From an uncultured Fimbriimonadaceae bacterium (GTDB lineage Bacteria; Armatimonadota; UBA10988): DNA of 64,000 bases. The notes beneath the pieces are model-generated. The model was not told the DNA's origin. It saw only the letters and a list, made by a program, of their open reading frames with translations, and made no database searches. The DNA is taken from positions 4,095 to 68,094 of the forward strand of contig CAZHGD010000005.1 of NCBI GenBank assembly GCA_964531735.1. The letters are read 5' to 3'. Made by a program: the position numbers and the translations under genes. Shown here in pieces: positions 39,401 through 48,579 of this stretch; the first letter of the stretch is position 1; every line of letters starts with the position of its first letter.

Positions 39401-40068
39401 AACTCCTTGAACGGAGTCAACGAGTTGGCCTGGTAGTTGAGGTGAACGCCCCGGCCCTTGCCCAGCTTGTAGGCCGCCGCGTAGTCCTGGACGGCTCGAC
39501 CGTCCAGCGCCGGCAGCCCCTGCACCAGATTGCCGGGCGTCGGCGTCAGGCGGCGCTTGGCGGTCATGGCCTCTTTGGCGATGGGGCCGCAGCAGACCAG
39601 ACCGGCCCCCTTGGCCACCTCGGCGATCATCAGGTACTGGAGCTTGGCCGGCAGCTTCTCCATCGGCACACCGGCCAGAATGTAGAGCGGATAGGGCTTG
39701 GCCAACAGGCGCTCGGCGCGGCGCTGGCCGAACTCGTTGCCCTGGAAGTTCCAGGTGGCCAGGTTGCCCGCGCCACCGACCAGGACGGCGTCGACGTCGA
39801 TGTCGAACCGCTGGCGCAGCTCGACCACCTCTCTCAGGCGCGTGCCCAGGTCGCTCCACGAGCCGTCGTACGGACCCATGTTGACGAAGCACAGCGCGCG
39901 CACCGGTCCGCCGGCCAGGCCCTTGGCCCAGGGCTTGTGGGGTGTGACCAGCTCACTGGTGGTGGCGTGGTCCTCTTCCACTTCCTGAGCGGTGGTGGCC
40001 GCGAACGCCGGCACAGCGACGAACAACAGCGACAGAGCGACGCAACGGAGCAGCGAGCACCCGAACAT
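36499..40068 (-). CDS. giant secreted protein (1189 aa) with a GH42-like (beta-galactosidase-type) catalytic region
   Basis: Signal peptide MFGCSLLRCVALSLLFVAVPAFA, with GGAGG 8 nt upstream. GQHNFVMWD...CVHPDCLAAYRRWLQKQYGDIGQLNASWG resembles the GH42 Cys-cluster and 'WL..YG.I..LN.AWG' region. Confidence 0.7.
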   Translation of the reverse strand: MFGCSLLRCVALSLLFVAVPAFAATTAQEVEEDHATTSELVTPHKPWAKGLAGGPVRALCFVNMGPYDGSWSDLGTRLREVVELRQRFDIDVDAVLVGGAGNLATWNFQGNEFGQRRAERLLAKPYPLYILAGVPMEKLPAKLQYLMIAEVAKGAGLVCCGPIAKEAMTAKRRLTPTPGNLVQGLPALDGRAVQDYAAAYKLGKGRGVHLNYQANSLTPFKEFSYRALAEYDYRQLIVGRAALWAANRLGDLAVTTTVGGPQLVPDQPGAKQALVGNFGPAPRQVTVALELRRVHDGQTTRLGDKTVTIPANTVTNLPLGLPANLRAGDYFVDAVVRSDRGVEACGAGNLTITSAAGIDQVTLDERYVERGRTIHGKVTLRGAPPAGAVLRLRFRDSWDRVLLQRDQLAAAASEFDYRADEFATILMRVEAVLLAGGQELELKDASFTVPKRRRGQHNFVMWDTPTDVLGYWAQRQMQLAGYNTCLLGSFGERPTPAVLKACDISLVPYSTRILDDKNPQGHMLPVCWNHEPDVTNHVQKIVNNQRQLRETGVFTYSLGDEGVTLGCCVHPDCLAAYRRWLQKQYGDIGQLNASWGSTYGSFGEVDLLDHKDNMENGALPKSPARWYDRQAFARYNLMQFAGRFREDYLRIDPEAICGFEGTGGFGDDYDGLCNVNTFYGPYPSIGDDLVRSVAPRSLIRSNWFGYSKTADALSDAPWRMVMKGMDSAWYWMWSGVGSWRGYLTPTLSFWPATAEVTREMEPVRHGLGDLVIANPVAHSGIAVYYSVASALADKIEPGLDFLTPEVTHNTFTQLTYDLGLDFRYLTSDMLARGALTRQEFNILVLPKCQALTPSDAKAIRQFVEAGGTVVADVRPGVFDGHCKPVPAGMLDDLFGIKHKPAVKATRTALSDKIATQGAKLDLQVKEAHVDGGVAAAGATALSKAGQTPLFLVNKVGAGQALLLNWQAPAPKPDDPDTIALRKVWRFVYDLAQVKSPIKATAPDGGPLPLVETRVWRNGQGLMFGLWRQMQCAWFSPASGTVAGEPVPARVTLPAPMHVYDLRGGRYLGQVRTIDTSLRWGRASFYLALPYAIQGLDLSLSSAQPAVGTTVTAGLKLRVPAGGGEQHAVWVTVTDPAGRQPLWGRQTLLLKNGTGEVRVPVAHNDQPGRWRLTATELFSGRSAEATWTVR

Positions 40069-40254
40069 GGCGCGAACCTCCGCGGTTGACGGCCCCAGGC
40101 GAGTCGGCCGTCTATCGCGCCGGTCTTCGGCGGCCGCTGGCGGTGTCCTGCCGGCCGCGTCAGATGGATTCGCCACCGGTCACCAACGCACAACCTGCGA
40201 TGGCGACAGGAATGTGGCGCGGCGCTGCGAACGACCGCTCTTGCGGAGACGTCC

Positions 40255-43200
40255 ATGCGCCTGCTACGAACCGGCTTGCTTCTGTTAGCCTGCGCCACGG
40301 CCGGCGGTGCCCAGGTACCCGCCGGCTCGCCGCTGGCACCATTCCAGCCCGATGAGCACACGCTGCTGCTCTACCACTGCGACGAGGGCAGCGGCACCGT
40401 GGTGCACGACAGCAGCCGCTACGGCTACCACGGCGAGCTCCGTGGCGCCAAGTGGGCACCGGGCCGGTTCGGCGGCGGGCTGCGGTTCGACGGGCGGCAC
40501 GACAGCGTCTTCCGCCACCTGACCGAGGCCATCTGCGGGCTGAAGCAGATCACGCTCGAATGCTGGTTCCGCCCGGACAATCCCGAGGGCCGGCAGTTCC
40601 TGATGGGCAAGGACGTCAGCTTCCATTTCGATGTCACCGACGGTGGCGCGACCTCGCTGTCCATCTACAACGAGGGCGGCGGCAAGCCGAATGCCGAGGG
40701 CAAGCCGCACCAGCATCTCGGCTTCGGCGGCCTCAGTCTGCGCCCGCGAACCTGGCACCACAACGCGGTCACCTACGACGGCCGCTTCATCAGCTTCTTC
40801 GTCGACGGCGTGCTGCGGCACCGCGTGGCCGCGGCCAAGGACTTCCTGCTGGGCACCAACAGCCGCGGGCTATGGCTGGGCTGCTACGTGGGCACCGACT
40901 TCTGGTTCAGTGGCCAGATGGACGAGGTCCGCATCTCCGGTTGCGTGCGCTACGACGCCGAGCGCAAACTCGCCGTGGGTGGAAAGGTGTTCGCCATGCC
41001 GGGTCACACGCAGCCGGCCAAAGCCGTGCGCACGCCCGTCCGCACCGGTTTGGCCCAGGTCGAGGTCACGCTCCGCAAGCGTCACGGCAAGGACGCGGCC
41101 GGCTGGGTCTGGCTGCAGCCACCGGGCGGCAAGGCGGCCGTCGTCGGCCGTTACGAGCTGCGCGGCCTGGCCGACGGCGCCCCGCAGACGGTGCGGTGCG
41201 ACGTCTCCGACGAGGTGGCCGGCGACGGCACCTACATCCTGGCGCTGGAGCCCACCGACCAGGCGGGCTACTTCGCCGTCACCAAGGCCACGCTGACCGC
41301 CGGTGGGCGCCAACTGGCCGACTGGAGCGGCGCGGTGCAGTCGCGGCGCACCTTCGAGCCGCCGCTGCTGGTGCCGCTGTGCGCCGGGGCGCCGACGGCG
41401 GCGCCGGCCGGGCGCATCACGCTGCTGCCGAAGGGCGCGGCGCGTCTCGGCGGCAGCCTGGAAATCGTGGCCGAGGATCCGGCCGAACCGCCGCTGCTGT
41501 CGGGTGACGGCTTCGCCGAGTACTGGGTCGAGGTGCCGCAGACCACCACCTATCGGTGCTACCTGCGCTACACCTCCGCGGCGCTGCGGCCGTGTGACCT
41601 GGTCATCGACGGCGACGACCTGCACGACTACCACATGCTGGCGCGCGAGCGCACCGAGACCGGCACCACCGCCGACGCGCTATGGCGGTATCAGGGCACC
41701 AAGACGCTGTCGGCCGGCTTGCACTGGCTGCGACTACAGGACGTGCTGCCCGACATTGCCGGTTTGCGGCTCGATCCAGTGGCCGCGGCGCCGGCCGCCG
41801 CGGTGCCGTGGGCGCGGTTCGGCGTACCGGCCGAGGACTTCCTGGCGCAGGCGGGCACCTGGCGCGCGGAGCCGCTGCACGGCGCACCGGGCGGTGCCGC
41901 GGTGACCAACGCCGGTGGCGCGCTCCGGTTCACCACGGCGTTTGGCAACCAGAACCCGGCCGACCTCGACGCCGGTGACGCCGTGCGTCTGCGCCATGCC
42001 GGTCAATGGGACCTGGAGCCGTTCGGCCGGCTGACCTGCCGCTTCGACGGCCAGGGCACGGGGCACTGCGTGGCGCTGCGGCTGGTCGATGCGAAGGGCG
42101 ACGAGAAGCTGCTCTGGATCGGGCGCGACAGCGAGGCCAAGCCGCGGCAGGTGACTGTGCCGGTCTCGTTCGAGGGCAACGACGTCTTCGATCCGGCCCA
42201 TGTGGTGGCCGTCTGCCTGGACCTGGACGAGGGCAACCAGCAGCCGACGCAGGCCCACACCTTCGCCGGCGCTCTCGCCGAACTGCGGTTCCACCGCCGC
42301 GACGCGGTGGCCCTGCCGGCCGGCTACGAGGGTGATCTGACCCGCGCCAAGGAGGCCCTGGCGGCTCGCGTGGCTCAAGCGCCAGCCAGCGAGGCACTGC
42401 GTTCGCCGGGCTACCGGCCCTGGACGAAGCCGGTGGTGCCCGAAGAGCACCCGCTCTACGCGACCACCGAACCGAAGCCGGTGACGCGGGCCACGCTGGG
42501 CTACCAACTCCATGCCACCGGTGCCCGCGGCATCTCGCCGGAGACGCTGGACGACTACCACCGGCACTACGACTTCGGTGATGTCTGCTGGCCGCATATC
42601 GGCATCTGCCCGCTGCGGGCCAACTACCCGGACGACGCGGCCTACCAGGCGGCGCTGAAGGAGTTCGAGCGCCAGTTGGTCGCCGTGCGCGAGCGTGGCC
42701 TGCTGCTGTTCGACATCTGGGGCTATGTGCCGTATGAGGCTGGCTTCCCCTGGACGGTGGCACCGGAGCACAAGGCGATCCTGCTGCGCGTATTCGGTGA
42801 CCGCTTCCTGGGCTTCGATAACGGCGAGCAGGACGGCCGCTACATCGGCAGCTACGCCCACCGTGGCAAGGCCAAGACGCGGCGCGAAGGCTGGTCTGAC
42901 TTCGTGGCCTGGGACGAGAAAGTCTGCGGCGACAACGGCCACTACATGAACGCCACCGGCTCGCTGAACTACTCGCACTACTACGGCGAGCGCGGCGCGC
43001 GAATGCTCGGCCTGGAGACCGCCCAGGGCCTGCCGAGCGACACGCTGATGTTCAGCTTCCTGCGCGGTGCCGGCAAGCAGTATGGGCGGCTGATCTACCA
43101 GGCCACCTCGGTCTGGAACCGCTTCGGCTACAACATCCACAGCGGGCGCAAGACCGACGGCGGCCAGGGCTACGGGTTCGGGCCGCACAAGGGTTGCTCG

Positions 43201-44352
43201 CTGAGCCTGCACAAGCGGCTGTTCCTGTCCGGCTTCCTCGGCGGCCACAGCATCGTCGGCACCGAGACCGCGCAGTTCACCGCCGACCGGCTGGCCGACG
43301 GCGCGCCGGAGCTGAGCCCGCTGGGCCGGCAGCATGTCGACCTGCTGAAGTGGACCCAGAACAACGTCGACCGCGGCGTGCAGTACACGCCGGTGGCGTT
43401 CATGCTCGACTTCCACAACGGCTGGAACATGCCGCGGCACCTCTATCGTGGCGACCGCTACAAGATCTGGGGCAAGTTCCCCTACGAGAAGGGCGACTAC
43501 CTGATCGACCAGGCTTTCCGCATGGTATGGCCGGGCTACGAGGACGCCAGCTACCTGCGCAACGAGCGCGGCTTCCTGACGCCGACGCCCTATGGCGACC
43601 TGTTCGACGTGCTGAACAACCGCTGCCACCCGGACGTGCTGAAGCAGTACACCAGCGTGATGCTGCTGGGTGACGTGGAACTGACCGCGAGCGTGGTGGC
43701 CAACCTGACCGCGTTCGTGCAAGGCGGCGGCGACCTGCTGCTCGACGCGCGGCACGCGGCACTGCTGCCGGCCGCGATGACCGGCGTGAGCCTCGGGGCC
43801 GCGGGCAAGGGCCTGACCTCGCTGGTGCTGAAGGGCCGCCGGACCTTTGGCGAGCTGCCCTACACCTACCGGCAGATGACCGCCGCCGGTGCCACGGCGC
43901 TGGTGCTCAACGAGCTGGGTCACCCGCTGCTGACGGTCAACGCCCACGGTCGCGGGCGCGTGATCGTCTGCGCGGTGGACCACTGGCTGACCGACAACGT
44001 CACCTACCGCACGCCCGAGATCGTCAACCTGGAGCCGCCGTACCAGTGGGTCCGCGGCGTGCAGGCGGTGCTGGACGAGTACTTCGCCTCGTTCAGCCCG
44101 GTGGTGGTGGAGCCGGCCGGGCTGGGTATCCAGATCACCGACAGCGACGACGGGCGCTTGCTGGTGGGCCTGTTCAACAACGACCTGTTCGCGCCCTGGC
44201 ACGGCGCGGTGCGACTGCGGGCCGGCACCTTGGCCGGCGCCGCGGAGCTGCGCTCGGGCCGCGCGCTGCCGACCTCCGCCCCGCTGACGTTGACGGTGGC
44301 CGCCGGCGACGTGGCCGTGCTGGAACTGCGGCCCCAGACGAAGCGGCGCTGA
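40255..44352 (+). CDS. giant secreted protein (1365 aa) with an N-terminal LamG/concanavalin-A-like jelly-roll domain
   Basis: Signal peptide MRLLRTGLLLLACATAGGAQ. LLLYHCDEGSGTVVHDSSRYGYHGEL...GGGLRFDG is typical of the Laminin_G_3 family. It is divergent from the GH42-like gene across a 186-bp gap. Confidence 0.75.
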   Translation: MRLLRTGLLLLACATAGGAQVPAGSPLAPFQPDEHTLLLYHCDEGSGTVVHDSSRYGYHGELRGAKWAPGRFGGGLRFDGRHDSVFRHLTEAICGLKQITLECWFRPDNPEGRQFLMGKDVSFHFDVTDGGATSLSIYNEGGGKPNAEGKPHQHLGFGGLSLRPRTWHHNAVTYDGRFISFFVDGVLRHRVAAAKDFLLGTNSRGLWLGCYVGTDFWFSGQMDEVRISGCVRYDAERKLAVGGKVFAMPGHTQPAKAVRTPVRTGLAQVEVTLRKRHGKDAAGWVWLQPPGGKAAVVGRYELRGLADGAPQTVRCDVSDEVAGDGTYILALEPTDQAGYFAVTKATLTAGGRQLADWSGAVQSRRTFEPPLLVPLCAGAPTAAPAGRITLLPKGAARLGGSLEIVAEDPAEPPLLSGDGFAEYWVEVPQTTTYRCYLRYTSAALRPCDLVIDGDDLHDYHMLARERTETGTTADALWRYQGTKTLSAGLHWLRLQDVLPDIAGLRLDPVAAAPAAAVPWARFGVPAEDFLAQAGTWRAEPLHGAPGGAAVTNAGGALRFTTAFGNQNPADLDAGDAVRLRHAGQWDLEPFGRLTCRFDGQGTGHCVALRLVDAKGDEKLLWIGRDSEAKPRQVTVPVSFEGNDVFDPAHVVAVCLDLDEGNQQPTQAHTFAGALAELRFHRRDAVALPAGYEGDLTRAKEALAARVAQAPASEALRSPGYRPWTKPVVPEEHPLYATTEPKPVTRATLGYQLHATGARGISPETLDDYHRHYDFGDVCWPHIGICPLRANYPDDAAYQAALKEFERQLVAVRERGLLLFDIWGYVPYEAGFPWTVAPEHKAILLRVFGDRFLGFDNGEQDGRYIGSYAHRGKAKTRREGWSDFVAWDEKVCGDNGHYMNATGSLNYSHYYGERGARMLGLETAQGLPSDTLMFSFLRGAGKQYGRLIYQATSVWNRFGYNIHSGRKTDGGQGYGFGPHKGCSLSLHKRLFLSGFLGGHSIVGTETAQFTADRLADGAPELSPLGRQHVDLLKWTQNNVDRGVQYTPVAFMLDFHNGWNMPRHLYRGDRYKIWGKFPYEKGDYLIDQAFRMVWPGYEDASYLRNERGFLTPTPYGDLFDVLNNRCHPDVLKQYTSVMLLGDVELTASVVANLTAFVQGGGDLLLDARHAALLPAAMTGVSLGAAGKGLTSLVLKGRRTFGELPYTYRQMTAAGATALVLNELGHPLLTVNAHGRGRVIVCAVDHWLTDNVTYRTPEIVNLEPPYQWVRGVQAVLDEYFASFSPVVVEPAGLGIQITDSDDGRLLVGLFNNDLFAPWHGAVRLRAGTLAGAAELRSGRALPTSAPLTLTVAAGDVAVLELRPQTKRR

Positions 44353-44364
44353 CGGAGCAAACCT

Positions 44365-45321
44365 ATGAGAATTCTGGTCATCGGTGGTACGGGCCACATC
44401 GGCAGCTATCTGGTGCCGCGTCTGGTGCGCGCCGGGCACGAAGTGACCGTGGTGGCCCGCCATGCGGCGCCGCAGTACACGGATCCGCGGCTGGCCTGGC
44501 CGCAGGTCACCTGGGTGCCGGCCGACCGCGCGGCGGAGGAACAGAGCGGCACCTGGCGCTCGCGCATGGCCGGGCTGTCGGCCGACGCGGTGATGGACCT
44601 GATCTGCTACACGCCCGAGCAGAGCCGCCTGATGGTCGAGGTGTTCGGTGGCCGCATCACGCACTTCCTGCACTGCGGCACCATCTGGTCCTATGGCCCG
44701 CCTGAGCGCTGGCCCTACCAGGAGAGCGATCCGCGGCGCCCGATCACCGACTATGGTCGCAAGAAGGCGGCTATCGAGGCCGACCTGATCGACCGCTACC
44801 GCACCGCGGGCTTCCCGGCGACGATCATTCACCCCGGCCACATCTCGGGCCGCAAGTGGCTGCCCATCGACCCGCAAGGCACACGCAACGGAGTCGAGGT
44901 GTACCGCAAACTGGCCCATGGCGAACCGGTCCACCTGCCGGCGCCCGGCCTGCAGACGATCCACCATGTGCACGGTGACGACGTGGCGCAGTTGTTCGAG
45001 CGGGCGCTGACCCAGCGCGCGCCGGCCCTCGGCGAGTCCTTCAGCGCCGTCGCGCCCTACGCGCTCAGCCTGATCGGCTGCTGCCGCTTCGTGGCCGGCC
45101 TGTTCGGGCGCGAGCCGAACCTGGTGCTGGCTGACGAGTCGGGGATGGCCGCCGCGCTCGGGCCGGCCTGGTCGGGCACGCTGGAGCACATTACGCACTC
45201 ACCGTGCTGCAGCATCGAGAAAGGCCGGCGCCTTCTCGACTACCAGCCGCGCTTCACCACCGAGGAAATCTACGCCGAAGCGATCGAGTACCTGCTGGTG
45301 AGCGGGCAGTTGGTGGTCTGA
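44365..45321 (+). CDS. NAD-dependent epimerase/dehydratase family protein
   Basis: MRILVIGGTGHIGSYLV (GxxGxxG Rossmann). GGAG SD. 12 bp downstream of the preceding gene. Confidence 0.85.
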   Translation: MRILVIGGTGHIGSYLVPRLVRAGHEVTVVARHAAPQYTDPRLAWPQVTWVPADRAAEEQSGTWRSRMAGLSADAVMDLICYTPEQSRLMVEVFGGRITHFLHCGTIWSYGPPERWPYQESDPRRPITDYGRKKAAIEADLIDRYRTAGFPATIIHPGHISGRKWLPIDPQGTRNGVEVYRKLAHGEPVHLPAPGLQTIHHVHGDDVAQLFERALTQRAPALGESFSAVAPYALSLIGCCRFVAGLFGREPNLVLADESGMAAALGPAWSGTLEHITHSPCCSIEKGRRLLDYQPRFTTEEIYAEAIEYLLVSGQLVV

Positions 45322-45343
45322 AGCGCCGGCCGGCGGCCGCGGC

Positions 45344-46129
45344 TCAGTCCTCGCGCCGGCAGCCGAACAGCCACTTGTAGAGCCCGTCTTCCCAGTAGGC
45401 CTTGTGCCAGGAGTCGTGGCCGGTCTTCGGGTACTCGGTGTACTTCGGTGAGCCACCGGCGGCCTTCATGCCCGCGATCATCTCGCGCGACCGGCGCGCC
45501 GGCACCACCATGTCATCAGCGCCGTGGAACGCCCACAGCGGCACCTTGGCGAAGCGGGCGGCGTGGTTGGGATTGCCACCGCCGCAGACGGGCGCCGCCG
45601 CGGCGAACAGGTCGGGCTGCGCGGCCAGGAGCACGAAGGTGCCCAGGCCGCCCATCGACAGGCCGGTGACGTAGATGCGGTGCGCGTCGATGGGGAACTC
45701 GCGCCGGATGGCCGCGACCAGCTCCAGCACCGCCACCAGCGCCGGCGTCGGCCCGGTCAGGCGCTCGCCGGGAATCGTCCAGTCGGCCCAGACGCGGTTG
45801 TTCGGGCACTGTGGCGCCAGCAGGTAGCAAGGGTACTGGCTGCGCAGCGGCTCGTTGACCAGGCGGCGGCAGGCCACCGGCTGATCGGCAATCTGGCCGC
45901 GGTTGTTGTCGCCGCGCCCGCCCGCGCCGTGCAGGAACAGCACCAGCGGGTACTTGGCGTGCGGCGCAGCATTCGCCGGCTTGAGCAGCCGGTAGGGCAA
46001 GCGGATGCTGTTGCTGGCGGCGAAGTGGCGGGCCTCCATCGCCTCCAGCGGATCCACCTCGGCGGCTTCGACGGCGGGACCCAGCAGCATTGTGCCCAGC
46101 ATCGGGGCGACCCAGCGCAACGTGTTCAT
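45344..46129 (-). CDS. secreted carbohydrate-esterase-family-1-like alpha/beta-hydrolase (feruloyl/PHB-depolymerase-type)
   Basis: MNTLRWVAPMLGTMLLGPAVEAAEV signal peptide. LFLHGAGG and GLSMGG motifs. The ORF-track N-terminal extension is Arg/Ser-rich and was rejected. Confidence 0.8.
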   Translation of the reverse strand: MNTLRWVAPMLGTMLLGPAVEAAEVDPLEAMEARHFAASNSIRLPYRLLKPANAAPHAKYPLVLFLHGAGGRGDNNRGQIADQPVACRRLVNEPLRSQYPCYLLAPQCPNNRVWADWTIPGERLTGPTPALVAVLELVAAIRREFPIDAHRIYVTGLSMGGLGTFVLLAAQPDLFAAAAPVCGGGNPNHAARFAKVPLWAFHGADDMVVPARRSREMIAGMKAAGGSPKYTEYPKTGHDSWHKAYWEDGLYKWLFGCRRED

Positions 46130-46254
46130 CGGCACACCAACTTCCTCTCGACGAGACAGTCTACCACCGCGGCGAAACACGCTATAGTACGGGGCGGCAG
46201 TGGTCAGGGCTGACCGAGGGCCACAGCTCGGCAGCCGCGGCCCCGGAACCGCCA

Positions 46255-46351
46255 GCGCTGAGGAGGCCGTAGGCCGTCTCGAAGCGCGGCGATGGGGCGC
46301 AGCCCACCTGGCCGCGCTTCGAGACGGGGCCTGCCGGCCCCTCCTCAGCGC
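46255..46351 (+). promoter_or_regulatory. ~97-nt near-perfect palindrome. Outer arms are 12 bp (GCGCTGAGGAGG / CCTCCTCAGCGC), inner arms 17 bp (CCGTCTCGAAGCGCGGC / GCCGCGCTTCGAGACGG), and the central spacer is 20 nt.
   Basis: Read directly. It lies in the divergent esterase/GRE intergenic region, about 75 nt upstream of the GRE start codon and downstream of a TATAGT box at 46182. Confidence 0.4.
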
Positions 46352-46424
46352 CGGCGGTTCGGGTGGGACCGGCCTGGTTGCGGCTCCGATCTCGACCCGC
46401 CGCAGTGGTCCGCCGGAGAGTTGC

Positions 46425-48566
46425 ATGGACGTCAACCGGTTCTGGCAGTTGGTGCATGTTTCGCGCCTGGAGGCGTGCCGCGAGGAGACGGGCCGGCCGG
46501 TACCGTTGAGCGAGGCGGCGGCGTTCGCGCGCGTGCTGCAACAGTTGCCGATTGCCGTCGGTCCGGGCGAGCGCCTGGCCACGCGGTTCGGCTGGGAATG
46601 CGCCGACGCCGACGAGCAGGCGCGGCTCCTGAAGCGCATCGAGGCCCTGCCGCCGGCACCCGCAGCCGAACCGGCGCCCGAGCTGTGGGCGCAGTTGCGG
46701 CAGTGGTACCACAGCTACCCCAGCGACGGCGGCGCGGCGCACACCACGGTGGACTACGAACAGGTCGTCAACCGCGGCGTGGTCGGCCTGCTGACCGACC
46801 TGAGCGCCGACCTGGCCGAGGCCGAGGGCGAGCGGCGGGTGTACCTGGAGGCCATGTGGCTGGCACTGTCGGCGCTGCTCGACTGGGCCGAGCGTTACGC
46901 GCGCTGGGCCGAAAGCGCCGCGCGCCGGGCGGCGCCGGACGAGGGCGAACGGTTGCGGGGCGTTGCCGACCGGCTGCGCGCGGCGCCGCGCGGCCCGGCG
47001 CGCACGTTCACCGAGGGCCTGCAAGCGGTCTGGCTGGTCCACGTGGCCGTGGGCATCTCGGAGCTCGCCGGTTGGTCGCTGTCGCTCGGGCGGCTCGACC
47101 AGTACCTGTTCGGTCTGTATCTGGCCGACCTGGCGCGCGGCGTGCCCGAATCGGCGCTGGCCGCTGACCTGGGCGAGTTCTTCCGCGCACTGAACAGCTT
47201 CTTCAGCGATCCGGCCTGCAACGTCAACCTTGGCGGCGCCGACGAGGCCGGACGCGACCAGCTCAACCCGCTGTCGGAGCTGATCGTGCGCGTGGCGCAG
47301 CGCGAGCGGCTCGAAGGGCCGATTCTGGCGCTGCGCGTGCACGACGGCCTGGCCGACGAGGACCTGGCGCGGTTCATCGATCCGGACCTGTTCGCGATGG
47401 GCCAGCCGACGTTCTATGGCGAGGAGCCCTGCCGCGCGGCGTTGCGGCGGCGCGGCGTGCCGGCCGACGAGGTCCACCAGTGGGTGGCCAACAGTTGCAT
47501 GGGCCTGATGATGCCGGGCCAAGAGTGGTCCGACATGTGGGGCTCGGTGGTCAACGTCCTGCTGCCGCTGGAGCTGGCGCTCAACGGTGGCGAGCCGTTC
47601 GCCCACCCGGCACCGTTTGCGTTGCGCACGCCGACGCCCGACAGCTACGCCGACTTCGAGGTGCTGTTCGAGACGGTGGCCGCGCACCTCGACCAGTACA
47701 TCGATCTGCTGTGCGTGGAGACCGAGGCGCGCACCGCGCGTCACGGCCGCGAGCAGCCGAACCCGTTCGTCTCAGCGCTGCTGGCCGACTGCCGCCAGCG
47801 CGGGCTCGATCGGTTGCTCGGCGGCTGCCGCTACCGCACGGTGATCGTCGAGGCGTTCGGCCTGGTCAACGTGGCCGATGCGCTGTACGCCATCGAGCAG
47901 TTGGCCTTTGTCGAAGGGCGCTTCACGCTGCCCGAACTGGTGGCCGCGGCGCGCAGCGACTATGCCGAGCGGCCCGACATCCTCCACGCAGTGCGGCGCT
48001 TGCCCAAGTACGGCAACGGCGAGCCGGCGGTGGATGCGATGGCGCGGCGGCTGGCGGCGCGGTTCGCCGCCGCGGTGGCGCGGCACTCGCGCGAGCGCGT
48101 GACCTACCTGCCGTCGTTCCACACGCTGGCCGCGCACCTCTCGGCGGGCGCGCTGCTCGGCGCCAGCCTGGACGGTCGGCGCGCCGGCGAGCCCCTCGCC
48201 AAGAACGTCGGTTCGACGCCGGGCCGGGCCACTCACGGCCACACCGCGCTGATGGCCTCGGCAACCACCATTGACCAGGCCGCGTTCGGCGGTGGCCAGG
48301 CGCTGGACATCTCGGTGTCGCCCGACTTGTTGCGCACGCCGACTGACCGGGGCAAGTTCGGCGCGCTCTTGCGCGGGTACTTCCGTCAAGGCGGCCTGCA
48401 GGTGCAGGTGAACGGCGTCACCGCGGCGCAACTGCGCGCGGCGATGGCCGAGCCGGCAGCGCACCGCGACCTGCTGGTGCGCAAGGCGGGCTACACCACG
48501 CGCTTCGTGACGCTGGGGCGCGTGGAGCAGGAAGAGCTGACGCGGCGGCTGGAGGCTGGGCTGTAG
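46425..48566 (+). CDS. glycyl radical enzyme, PFL2/glycerol-dehydratase-like family, divergent (713 aa)
   Basis: The C-terminus GGLQVQVNGVTAAQLRAAMAEPAAHRDLLVRKAGYTTRFVTLGRVEQEELTRR matches the Gly-radical domain (…RDLIVRVAGYSAYFVELS…QDEIISRT pattern; radical Gly at codon 689, 48489-48491). TFTEGLQAVWLVHVA is also GRE-like. Variant motifs: the Cys-loop reads NSCMG (no Glu two residues after Cys), and GNGEP replaces GNDDD. The start was refined to MDVNRF, with GGAG 6 nt upstream. Confidence 0.8.
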   Translation: MDVNRFWQLVHVSRLEACREETGRPVPLSEAAAFARVLQQLPIAVGPGERLATRFGWECADADEQARLLKRIEALPPAPAAEPAPELWAQLRQWYHSYPSDGGAAHTTVDYEQVVNRGVVGLLTDLSADLAEAEGERRVYLEAMWLALSALLDWAERYARWAESAARRAAPDEGERLRGVADRLRAAPRGPARTFTEGLQAVWLVHVAVGISELAGWSLSLGRLDQYLFGLYLADLARGVPESALAADLGEFFRALNSFFSDPACNVNLGGADEAGRDQLNPLSELIVRVAQRERLEGPILALRVHDGLADEDLARFIDPDLFAMGQPTFYGEEPCRAALRRRGVPADEVHQWVANSCMGLMMPGQEWSDMWGSVVNVLLPLELALNGGEPFAHPAPFALRTPTPDSYADFEVLFETVAAHLDQYIDLLCVETEARTARHGREQPNPFVSALLADCRQRGLDRLLGGCRYRTVIVEAFGLVNVADALYAIEQLAFVEGRFTLPELVAAARSDYAERPDILHAVRRLPKYGNGEPAVDAMARRLAARFAAAVARHSRERVTYLPSFHTLAAHLSAGALLGASLDGRRAGEPLAKNVGSTPGRATHGHTALMASATTIDQAAFGGGQALDISVSPDLLRTPTDRGKFGALLRGYFRQGGLQVQVNGVTAAQLRAAMAEPAAHRDLLVRKAGYTTRFVTLGRVEQEELTRRLEAGL

Positions 48567-48579
48567 AAAGGGGCCAGGC

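Noticed and set aside
41734-45198. 1154-aa minus-strand ORF spanning the LamG-like and epimerase genes
   Set aside because: It spans two well-supported plus-strand genes and the intergenic gap. Arg/Ala/Gly-rich composition with no motifs.
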